DNA of 64,000 nucleotides from Chlamydiia bacterium (GTDB lineage Bacteria; Chlamydiota; Chlamydiia; Chlamydiales; 2-12-FULL-49-11): NCBI GenBank assembly GCA_044359535.1, contig JBIKLZ010000002.1, positions 37,118 to 101,117 of the forward strand, read 5' to 3'. Shown piece by piece: positions 8,125 to 16,393 of this stretch (position 1 is its first letter; each line of letters starts with the position of its first letter). The notes under the pieces were generated by a model. It saw only the letters and a program-made list of their open reading frames with translations, ran no database searches and was not told where the DNA came from. The position numbers and the translations under genes were made by a program.

Positions 8125-9873
8125 ATGATTAATTTTAGAAATGACCATTATCCATCTAGGTATGGATATCTTAAAGGCCAACCTCAAGTTCCCCCCCTTG
8201 ATGAACTTACCCAAAAGCTATATTTTATTTCAAAGGGTCAAAAAGGACAAACAGCAAGTGCTGTTGAAGCAATAGCTGTAAACATTCTTAGACATCTAAA
8301 TCCAACAATTTTACAACTCAGCCGTGTATTTAATTCTTTAGCGGTTATAAAAAAAGATAAAGGTTATCAAAATCAAGCACTTATCCAATGGGGTCTTTCT
8401 TCCTTAGAAAAAAGAGGACTTCAAAATGTAACCGATGGAGGTAATTGTTTCCAAGCTTTAGCAAAATTAGGAGAAATAAAGGATGGGATGGAAGAAAGGT
8501 TTGTAGCTTTTTTTCAACACAATCTAGACAAGGCAGATGAAAAGGGTTTAAGTTATATCGCAAACGGACTCATACATTTAGGATCTGAACATAAGAATGA
8601 GGGGTTAATAAGAAAAATTGATGAAATAGTACAAAAAATCTATTTACGTATGGACCCTTCAAGGAAAGTTTTATTTTTAGCGCTATTTTCAAAGTCACCA
8701 TTGTTAGGAAGATTAGAGTCTCCTTTACTCCTTATAAAAAGTTTGAAGGACAAAGTAGAGAATCTAGAGATAAGAAGTATTGAAATGTTAATTTTTGCTC
8801 TTCTAAAGATGGATCAAAAACAGGGAAAGCTTAATTCAATCATGAATAGAATCCTAAAGTATGCAATGAACAATCGTTCACCTAGCGTGTATGAAAAAAG
8901 ATTTGTCTTTTTAGAGTTGGCGTTATTTTATTCAATTGGTGGTCTTGCAAAACAATATATTGAAAAGATTATAAGAGATTATCTTGCTAATAGCAAGAGT
9001 ATGCCATTAGAAGATACTATTACTTTGACTCGAAAAATCGGCCTACTTGATACTCAAGAGGATGTAATTATAGAAAGGCTTGTTTCAGTCACCCTTGATA
9101 ATATCGATGCATTTGAACCTGATTCTTTTTTAAAACAATATATGAACCTTTCTAGGGTTGGGATTTGTAATAAAGAACTTTTTAAAAAAGTCTCTAATCA
9201 GGAGTGTTTAAAAGCGTTTAAAAAATTAACCATGAATGAAAAAAGTGCTATTTTTTGGGAAATGGTCAAAAGTGTACCTAAAAAAAGATACCGCACATTG
9301 CTTCTTCCTTTTTTTAAGGCATTGGATCTTGAACAATGTTCTAATAGTTCGAGTAAAAATTGTATGGTGTTATCCTATCACACGTTAGAAGCTGTCTATA
9401 AGATTGATTTCCTACCTAAGGTAAAAGAGCAGATCGCTATATTTGAGAGAGAACTGATTCAATTACAAAAAAATGAAGTGCAAGCGAATAAAGCTCATCA
9501 GGACATTTCACAAACGCTAATAAAGATGGAAATAGAACATGAAAATGAAGCCTTTGTTTTAGGATTTTTTGTCGATATTTTAATTAAAGAACCAAAAATC
9601 ATCATAGAGGTCGATGGAAAGTCTCATGATATGTATAGAAGAAGGTTATCTGATAAGGTAAAAAATGAAGTTTTAAGAGCAAATGGGTACCTTTTGCTCC
9701 GTCTTTCAGTGGATGCATTTTCAGACTTACCTGAGGATGAATTAAAGAGTATGATCAGAATAAAATTGAACGACTTGCTAAAAAGTGCAGAGGAAAAAGG
9801 GGCAACAGGATCTGCTCAAAAAAGAAAAATCTCTAATTATGAAAAGGGTATGAAAAGAAAAAGAAGTGGATGA
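8125..9873 (+). CDS. Helical-repeat protein with a C-terminal RAP/DUF559-like (PD-(D/E)xK, Vsr-like) domain and a basic bipartite tail
   Basis: 582 aa. C-terminus: AFVLGFFVDILIKEPKIIIEVDGKSHDMYRRRLSDKVKNEVLRANGYLLLRLSVDAF. Tail: KRKISNYEKGMKRKR. The N-terminal ~450 aa are Leu-rich helical repeats. Confidence 0.6.
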   Translation: MINFRNDHYPSRYGYLKGQPQVPPLDELTQKLYFISKGQKGQTASAVEAIAVNILRHLNPTILQLSRVFNSLAVIKKDKGYQNQALIQWGLSSLEKRGLQNVTDGGNCFQALAKLGEIKDGMEERFVAFFQHNLDKADEKGLSYIANGLIHLGSEHKNEGLIRKIDEIVQKIYLRMDPSRKVLFLALFSKSPLLGRLESPLLLIKSLKDKVENLEIRSIEMLIFALLKMDQKQGKLNSIMNRILKYAMNNRSPSVYEKRFVFLELALFYSIGGLAKQYIEKIIRDYLANSKSMPLEDTITLTRKIGLLDTQEDVIIERLVSVTLDNIDAFEPDSFLKQYMNLSRVGICNKELFKKVSNQECLKAFKKLTMNEKSAIFWEMVKSVPKKRYRTLLLPFFKALDLEQCSNSSSKNCMVLSYHTLEAVYKIDFLPKVKEQIAIFERELIQLQKNEVQANKAHQDISQTLIKMEIEHENEAFVLGFFVDILIKEPKIIIEVDGKSHDMYRRRLSDKVKNEVLRANGYLLLRLSVDAFSDLPEDELKSMIRIKLNDLLKSAEEKGATGSAQKRKISNYEKGMKRKRSG

Positions 9874-10714
9874 TATTGATGGTAAAGTGTGAGAAAATTG
9901 CACTTTCAACCGATCCTGAAAAGTGAAATATCGTTCCATAAAGAATTGAACCTATAAAGCAGGCGGCTAAGAAGGGGATATTTAGACTAAAAAAGAGTTG
10001 AGTAGATGTAAAAAGAAGAGAGACAACTAAAATAGCTAGAATGGGGGCTGCTTTATTTGATAGATTCTTTGTGATCTCATTTTGTAAAAAACCTCTATAA
10101 AATACCTCTTCTGGAATGACAACAAAAAAAAGATGTATGACAAGCCAATAAAGGGTTATAGAAGGAAATTTTACATCTAGTTCCACTAAATGACTAAATT
10201 TTGAAAAACCAAGGAGGATAAATGCGCTAAAAGCTATCCAGGGGATGCAGATAAGGAGGGTATGTTTCCACTGCTCTTTGGTTTTTAGAACCTGAATGTA
10301 TAAACCAAGGATCAAAATAGCAAGAGAGGCTCTATCAAAATTAAGATAGATATTCATTGGAACAGAGGATGAGCCAAAAGTGATTTCTTTAAACAGCAAA
10401 AGATTATGAAAACCACCAATCATATGGGTCATCAATCCTACCCCAATAATAGCAATTGTCATTGAAGAAAAAAGATGGACAAACCTTTTTAAATTAAACT
10501 TTAAAAAAACAAGGGCAATGAGAAGAAGGGTAATAGGGAAAAGGGATGGATAGGTGACTATCCCTCCGTAGTATCCAAAGACGTAGCTTACTATGTATAA
10601 AGGGATGAAAAGGGCGTACTTAGGAACTACCCAGCAGCTTACTAGTGTGCATAAAAGAAAGAAGTATGAGGCAAAAGCAAGGGGGTTAGAAAAGAGTATA
10701 GATAGTGTGCTCAT
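9833..10714 (-). CDS. CPBP-family (CAAX/Abi-type) intramembrane metalloprotease
   Basis: 293 aa, polytopic. EEVFYRGFL (EExxxR motif) and SHFTINIIHF (His motif). Confidence 0.8.
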   Translation of the reverse strand: MSTLSILFSNPLAFASYFFLLCTLVSCWVVPKYALFIPLYIVSYVFGYYGGIVTYPSLFPITLLLIALVFLKFNLKRFVHLFSSMTIAIIGVGLMTHMIGGFHNLLLFKEITFGSSSVPMNIYLNFDRASLAILILGLYIQVLKTKEQWKHTLLICIPWIAFSAFILLGFSKFSHLVELDVKFPSITLYWLVIHLFFVVIPEEVFYRGFLQNEITKNLSNKAAPILAILVVSLLFTSTQLFFSLNIPFLAACFIGSILYGTIFHFSGSVESAIFSHFTINIIHFFFFSYPFHN

Positions 10715-10736
10715 AATGTCAATATAGGGTTCTATC

Positions 10737-11696
10737 TTATTTCTGTAAAGGGTGTTCTAAATAATGTAATATTTCTTTAAGGATCCTTTGATTGTGATAT
10801 TCCCAAGAAAAAAGCTGTACAGTTTCAGACTGATTAAAAGTAATAATCGCATCAATATAGGTCATGTAGGTTTTTTCATCCATTGTAGCAAGAAATGTGT
10901 GAAGCTCCTCTAAGGTACTAAAATTTCTTGCATCAATAAAGGTCTCTTTAGGAATAAGATCTGTGATTTTTGAGGAGCCTAAGTAAATAGGGACACATAG
11001 ATTATTAAAAGATTCAAAAATTTTTTCAGAAATATAATAGTGATCATTTAACCAATTTTCATAGCAAATATTGAATTTATGCTCTTTAAAAACAGTGGTT
11101 TTATCCTCTGCCATCCCTTTAAATATTGGATCAAACCCCCTTTCCCAACCCCGTTTTCCATATAAAGAAAAACAGGAGGGGTGATATTTTCTATAGAATT
11201 TGCAAATTTTTTTTCTTGAAGAGTATAGTTCTTTGGGATGGCTTCTTGTTAAGTGTGAATTGACCATACAGAGAAGTTTTCTTTCCGAAAACGGGAGAAG
11301 ATCAAAAGATGTAAAATCTGTTTTATGATCGCAAGGATAGTAAAATTTTTTTATTTTTTCACCCACAGATAGATCATGGTTCCATGTAAAAATAGATAAG
11401 TACTCTTTGTACTCATCAAAATATTCATGACTTTTTACTATCACAGGGGGTTCAAAGGTAGAAATAATTGTTTTGTATCTATAATCCTTTAAGAAGGGTT
11501 TTATGTTACAACTCACAAGTAGGTCATAGGCATCAAAATCGCCATCCTTCCAGATCAAATCCACTTTGTGACCAAGGGGAGTAAGGTGTGCTTCAAGGAA
11601 AGGTTTGATATAAGGGGCCTTATGGGTCCACCCTAAAACACCTACATTTGCTCCAAAAAGAGATAGGGAGGAAAAAAGATAAAGGATATATTTCAT
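10737..11696 (-). CDS. GT10-family alpha-1,3-fucosyltransferase-like protein, copy 2
   Basis: HKFNICYENWLNDHYYISEKIFESFNNLCVPIYLGSSKITDLIPKETFIDARNF parallels the H. pylori FutA motif KFNLCFENSQGYGYVTEKILDAYFSHTIPIYWGSPSVAKDFNPKSFVNVHDF. N-terminal hydrophobic MKYILYLFSSLSLFGA. Confidence 0.8.
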   Translation of the reverse strand: MKYILYLFSSLSLFGANVGVLGWTHKAPYIKPFLEAHLTPLGHKVDLIWKDGDFDAYDLLVSCNIKPFLKDYRYKTIISTFEPPVIVKSHEYFDEYKEYLSIFTWNHDLSVGEKIKKFYYPCDHKTDFTSFDLLPFSERKLLCMVNSHLTRSHPKELYSSRKKICKFYRKYHPSCFSLYGKRGWERGFDPIFKGMAEDKTTVFKEHKFNICYENWLNDHYYISEKIFESFNNLCVPIYLGSSKITDLIPKETFIDARNFSTLEELHTFLATMDEKTYMTYIDAIITFNQSETVQLFSWEYHNQRILKEILHYLEHPLQK

Positions 11697-12679
11697 TTTC
11701 TTTTTTCCAAAAGACTTTCATTCACAACTTTAGAAACACTTTCAATGTAGTGTTCTAAACGGAAAAGTGCGCTTGCAGGAGATCTATCAAACGCTTCTAT
11801 TGCTTTAATGTATTCCATCCATCTTTCTTCACTCATTGTGTCAATATAGGTATGAAGCTCTTCAATTGAATTAAAACTTCTAGCATCTATAAAGGTCTCT
11901 TTTGGGATGTAATCTGTGATTTTTGATGACCCGTAATAAATAGGGACACACCGATTTTGCAAACAGTGAAGGATTTTTTCAGAAATATAGTGGAAATCAT
12001 TATCCCAATTTTCGTAACAATAACAGAATTTATGGTCTCTTAAAATAGCGTGTTTGTTATCACAGCGCCCCTTATAGATAGAAAGTTTGCATTTTTCCCA
12101 CCCTCTACTTCCGTACAAGTTCAATTTTTCTGGAAAATTAGAAGTGTAAAACTCAGCAATGCGCCTTCTTTCAGTGTAAAGTTCTTTTGGATCTTTAAAC
12201 ACATCGGCAAGATACCCACTTATAAGACAGGCAAATGAACGGTCATTGAAAGGTTTATATTCGGGATATACCCCTTGATAATGGGGAAAAAAGCCTTTAA
12301 AAAATTTTTTACCATCATAGAGGTCGTGATTCCATGTAAATACTTTATAATAGGAAGCTAGGTAGGAAGGGTTTGAAAATCTTTTTATTACAGGGCGAGG
12401 TTCAGTTACAAAAAGGATTGTTTTTTGTTTAATTTTTGCCGAAAAATTAATATCTAAAATGGTAAGTAATAGATCGTAGGTGTCTAAGGTTTTGTTAGAT
12501 GAGGGGTCAAAATAGACCATTTCTGCTTGATGACCCTGTTCTTGAAATCGTTTGATCAGTTCATTTGGGTGTTCAAAAGCAGTATTAAAAGGGGCCTGTT
12601 TTAAGCAAATTAAGCCGATTTTTCCAGAAAATAGAGATGAAAGGGGCAATAGGCAAATGAGTAAAAATTTAAATTTCAT
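11693..12679 (-). CDS. GT10-family alpha-1,3-fucosyltransferase-like protein, copy 1
   Basis: HKFCYCYENWDNDFHYISEKILHCLQNRCVPIYYGSSKITDYIPKETFIDARSF. Paralog of copy 2, with an ATGA stop/start overlap. N-terminal MKFKFLLICLLPLSSLFSG. Confidence 0.8.
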   Translation of the reverse strand: MKFKFLLICLLPLSSLFSGKIGLICLKQAPFNTAFEHPNELIKRFQEQGHQAEMVYFDPSSNKTLDTYDLLLTILDINFSAKIKQKTILFVTEPRPVIKRFSNPSYLASYYKVFTWNHDLYDGKKFFKGFFPHYQGVYPEYKPFNDRSFACLISGYLADVFKDPKELYTERRRIAEFYTSNFPEKLNLYGSRGWEKCKLSIYKGRCDNKHAILRDHKFCYCYENWDNDFHYISEKILHCLQNRCVPIYYGSSKITDYIPKETFIDARSFNSIEELHTYIDTMSEERWMEYIKAIEAFDRSPASALFRLEHYIESVSKVVNESLLEKRK

Positions 12680-12867
12680 CTTAGTTCCTTGTAGAAAGAA
12701 TGAAACAATACCAAAAATGGAGAATTTTTTTAAAGAAAAAAATGAGACCAGAGATCTTATATGAAAATAAAAAATTTTTTATTATATTCTTTATTTCATT
12801 TTTTTGTTAAAATAGTTTCATCATTAAAATAATATGAGGGGAATCATGAGCTTTAGTGTAAATAATA

Positions 12868-14031
12868 ATGCAGGGGTTGTTGGAGCATTTCAAGTCGAAA
12901 AACAACCAGTTTATCCTACAGGATAAAGATGGTGATGGAACATTAAGTAGGGTACAAGCAATTGGACAAAAGATGTTGGCCCCTTCAGAAAATGATGAGG
13001 GTGCACAAGTTAAATATTTGAAATATTTGGCAAAGGGGGGATCGTTTGATCCCACTACAGTGGAAAAAAAAGATAGGGAAAACATATTTAAAGCTATTTT
13101 TATTAGCGGTTTAACCGCTATAATTGGTGATGCACAACTAAGTGACTATCAAAAGCACTCTTGTGTGCATGAGTATTTTCAACAGCAGTATGCAAAAGAT
13201 AAAGAGATTTTTAAATGCCTTAGAGAAGGTGGAGAATTGTTGAAAGAGGTTGTTTCTCTATGTCACACTGAAAAGTGTGATGCTAACCTTTTTTTTAAAA
13301 ATAGCAAGTCATGCTTGTCACTAATCTCTTTTCTTGATGAGCGGATTCAAAATTATAATAGGTCTTTATTCCCCAGTTTCATCTATTGTCCAGAATTTAT
13401 AGAGGCCTTCCTCGCAAGTAGATTTGCAAGTCATATTTCTCATGCCTTTTTTACTCAAGCATCGATAGACTTTGTTTCACAAGTGATTAGAAAATGGAAG
13501 ATAGAGGACGTTGTTGAAGTGGGTTGTGGATCTGGGTATTTAGGGTGGCAGATTGAATTTCTTATAAAGGAGATAAGTAAACAATCAAAGGGGATGTGTT
13601 ATCCGTTTCCTTATGCAGGCTATGAACTGCAATCTTATAGAGGAAGTGTAATTAGTGATTATTTAGAGCGGAGCATTATAAAAAATAAGGATCCTAAAGA
13701 TTTTTCATATTTAAAGCAATGGGTCAAATATGGGCCAACAACCCTTTTTCTCTCTTATGTTCAACCTGAGTCTTCCGAGTGCACAATGGGTGTGGATGCA
13801 TTAACTACCTACTGTAGATTCTGTAAAGAATATGGGAAATTACCTACGTTATTCCTTATTTCAGATGGTGATTTGACCGATGGCCCGCAATTTAGAACAA
13901 TTTTAGCCACATATTTTAAAAAGATATCTGGATGTTCCATGAAAGGGCACATCGGAGCAGAGAGCCCTGTCATTGAATTTTATGAGGGAAGAAAAGGCGC
14001 TTTTGATACAACTCATGGGTGTTTTTTATAA
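12868..14031 (+). CDS. Hypothetical protein with an N-terminal EF-hand-like loop and a class-I methyltransferase-like GxGxG motif
   Basis: FILQDKDGDGTLSRVQ (compare calmodulin FSLFDKDGDGTITTKE) and VVEVGCGSGYLG. The start is uncertain: an SD-preceded ATG at 12846 lies in another frame. Confidence 0.5.
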   Translation: MQGLLEHFKSKNNQFILQDKDGDGTLSRVQAIGQKMLAPSENDEGAQVKYLKYLAKGGSFDPTTVEKKDRENIFKAIFISGLTAIIGDAQLSDYQKHSCVHEYFQQQYAKDKEIFKCLREGGELLKEVVSLCHTEKCDANLFFKNSKSCLSLISFLDERIQNYNRSLFPSFIYCPEFIEAFLASRFASHISHAFFTQASIDFVSQVIRKWKIEDVVEVGCGSGYLGWQIEFLIKEISKQSKGMCYPFPYAGYELQSYRGSVISDYLERSIIKNKDPKDFSYLKQWVKYGPTTLFLSYVQPESSECTMGVDALTTYCRFCKEYGKLPTLFLISDGDLTDGPQFRTILATYFKKISGCSMKGHIGAESPVIEFYEGRKGAFDTTHGCFL

Positions 14032-14093
14032 AGGGCCGTCTCTTTTAACAAAAAGCTTGGAAAAATTTAAGGAATTTGTATGGTTAGGCTTCT

Positions 14094-14576
14094 ATGAAGA
14101 AGCCTTTTATTGATGAGCCTACCTATGTTGAAGATGAAAGGGGTTATTTTCATCAGGTGATTGAGAACAGTGTTATGGAAATTGCCCAAGTAAATCACTC
14201 ATTTTCAGTCAAAGGGGTGTTACGGGGGATGCATTTTCAAAAAGGGCAAGAAAAGTATGTCTATTGCCCCATAGGGGAAATTTTCGACGTTATTGTTGAT
14301 ATAAACCCTGAATCTGAGACATTTATGCAGTGGACCGCAACCATTCTTTCCGGGAAAAATCGTAAAAAGCTTTTTATTCCGGAACATTACGCCCATGGAT
14401 TTTATACCCTTTCTGACACAGCTCATGTAGTTTATGCAGTATCAACAAGGTATAATCCTAAAAAAGAGGGTTTGTTTAATGCCTTTGACGTGGATGTAAA
14501 TATACAGTGGCCAGAAAAAAATGTTATCAGATCGTTTAAAGACAAAAAGGCCCCTTCATTTAAAGAGGGGATCTAA
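14094..14576 (+). CDS. rmlC: dTDP-4-dehydrorhamnose 3,5-epimerase (short form)
   Basis: GVLRGMHFQKGQEKYVYCPIGEIFDVIVDI...KLFIPEHYAHGFYTLSD is the RmlC cupin core. Confidence 0.85.
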   Translation: MKKPFIDEPTYVEDERGYFHQVIENSVMEIAQVNHSFSVKGVLRGMHFQKGQEKYVYCPIGEIFDVIVDINPESETFMQWTATILSGKNRKKLFIPEHYAHGFYTLSDTAHVVYAVSTRYNPKKEGLFNAFDVDVNIQWPEKNVIRSFKDKKAPSFKEGI

Positions 14577-15440
14577 ATGCTTGTCTGGGTTGTTGGGAAA
14601 AATGGCCTTGTTGGACAAAGTGTGATGAACGCTTTATTCGATGCTGTGGGCTCTTTAAGAAGTCAGGCAGATGTCACGGATCCTAAGGCTTTAGAGGAGT
14701 TTTATAAAGAGTATAAACCGACCCATATTATCAATTGCTCAGCAATTGTTCATGTCGATAAGGTAGAGCATGAATATGCCAACCTTGCTAAAAAGATCAA
14801 TGTGGATGGGGTTGAAAATCTAGCAAAGGTAGCAAAAAAAAACCGCGCAAAACTCATTCACATCAGTACAGATTATGTCTTTGATGGGGAAAAAGAAGAG
14901 GCTTATAGTGAAGAGGATCAAAAAAAAGCGGTAAATGTCTATGGACAAACAAAGCTTCTTGGGGAGCAAAGGCTTTTTGATATCCTCCCTTCAGCTGTGT
15001 GTGTCCGCACTGCAAGTGTCTATGGATATGGAAAAGATGGCCTTATTGAGTCGATGAAACACTATTTGGAGGAAAACAAAAGGTGCCTATCTCCCATTGA
15101 TCAAGTCTCTACTCCAACATGTAGTGAGGATCTTGCAACCGCTATTTTATCTCTTTTAGATAAAGAGGGGGTATTTCATTTTGTAAACAAAGGATTTTGT
15201 TCCCGTTTTGAACTGTTAACCTTTATAAAAGAGCTTATGGACACATATCAGCTCCCTTATGCCTGCACCCATATTGAACCTGTACTTCAAAAAGACCTAA
15301 AAAGGGCGGCCCTTCGACCTTGTCGCTCTGTGTTATCGACAAAAAAGATAGAAGAGGTTTTAAAGGGACCTATTCGATCATGGCAGGAGGGGGTAGAAGA
15401 GTATTTTGCCCGTCGATGGGGGAAGGGTACAAGAAAATGA
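14577..15440 (+). CDS. rmlD: dTDP-4-dehydrorhamnose reductase
   Basis: 287 aa. IINCSAIVHVDKVE, LIHISTDYVFDG and YGQTKLLGE (YxxxK) motifs. Its ATG directly follows the rmlC TAA. Confidence 0.85.
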   Translation: MLVWVVGKNGLVGQSVMNALFDAVGSLRSQADVTDPKALEEFYKEYKPTHIINCSAIVHVDKVEHEYANLAKKINVDGVENLAKVAKKNRAKLIHISTDYVFDGEKEEAYSEEDQKKAVNVYGQTKLLGEQRLFDILPSAVCVRTASVYGYGKDGLIESMKHYLEENKRCLSPIDQVSTPTCSEDLATAILSLLDKEGVFHFVNKGFCSRFELLTFIKELMDTYQLPYACTHIEPVLQKDLKRAALRPCRSVLSTKKIEEVLKGPIRSWQEGVEEYFARRWGKGTRK

Positions 15441-16393
15441 AGATCTTAGTTACTGGGGGCTATGGCTTTATGGGCTCAGACTTTATTCGATGTCTTTTAG
15501 AAGGATCGGATTGGGAAATTGTTAACATAGACCTTTTAACCTACGCAGGGAATAAAAACAATCTTTTACAGAGCCCCCGTCTTCAATCCTATATTAGAGA
15601 TATTTGTGATAAGGATTTTCTAGAAAGGTTGTTTGCCACCCACTCTTTTGATGCTGTGGTTCATTTTGCCGCTGAAACTCATGTAGATAGAAGTATTGAA
15701 AACCCACTCCCTTTTATCCATTCAAATATTTTGGGGACCATCCATTTACTTCAAATCCAACAAAAGTATCCAAAAACACATTTTCATTATATTTCAACCG
15801 ATGAGGTTTATGGGGATCTTTCAGATTCAGAACCAAGCTTTACTTTAGATGCCCCTTTCCATCCAAGCTCCCCATATGCAGCCTCTAAAGCTTCTGCAGA
15901 TCTGTTTTGTCAAGCCTATAGAAGAACCTATGGAGCAAGTGTGACTATTTCTAGATCCGGTAATAACTTTGGCCCCTATCAAAATCAGGAGAAATTAATC
16001 CCTTCGATGACGATTAAAGCGTTGGCAGGAGAAGATTTAACCCTTTATGGAGATGGAAAGAATAAAAGGGATTGGTTGTTTGTTAGGGATCACTCTATAG
16101 CTATTATGAAGATTCTTAAGAGAAGGGCATTTGGTGAGATCTATCATATTGGAAGTGGCTATGAAAGGACTAACATTGAAGTATGTGAAGCCATTTGTGA
16201 AGAAATCTTTAGGCAAACAGGGAAAAGGTCAGAAAGTAAGATCACTTTTATCCAAGATCGAAAGGGTCACGATCGTAGGTACAGTTTAGAGGTAAAAAAG
16301 ACTCAAGAAATCCTTGATTTTTCTCCTAAAGTAGCATTTAATGAGGGAATCAAGTATGTTGTATCTTCACTTTTACACAAGAGCCAGCTGTGA
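15437..16393 (+). CDS. rmlB: dTDP-glucose 4,6-dehydratase
   Basis: MKILVTGGYGFMGSDF (GxxGxxG), HFAAETHVDRS, STDEVYGD, PYAASKASAD. ATGA overlap with rmlD. The track ORF start at 15320 is an upstream out-of-gene extension. Confidence 0.9.
   Translation: MKILVTGGYGFMGSDFIRCLLEGSDWEIVNIDLLTYAGNKNNLLQSPRLQSYIRDICDKDFLERLFATHSFDAVVHFAAETHVDRSIENPLPFIHSNILGTIHLLQIQQKYPKTHFHYISTDEVYGDLSDSEPSFTLDAPFHPSSPYAASKASADLFCQAYRRTYGASVTISRSGNNFGPYQNQEKLIPSMTIKALAGEDLTLYGDGKNKRDWLFVRDHSIAIMKILKRRAFGEIYHIGSGYERTNIEVCEAICEEIFRQTGKRSESKITFIQDRKGHDRRYSLEVKKTQEILDFSPKVAFNEGIKYVVSSLLHKSQL

Noticed and set aside
12766-12783. Perfect 18-nt palindrome AATAAAAAATTTTTTATT between the divergent GT10 operon and the EF-hand gene
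   Set aside because: It is a pure A/T low-complexity sequence that would form no stable hairpin. It lies between two gene starts, so it is not a terminator. An operator role cannot be supported from the sequence alone.
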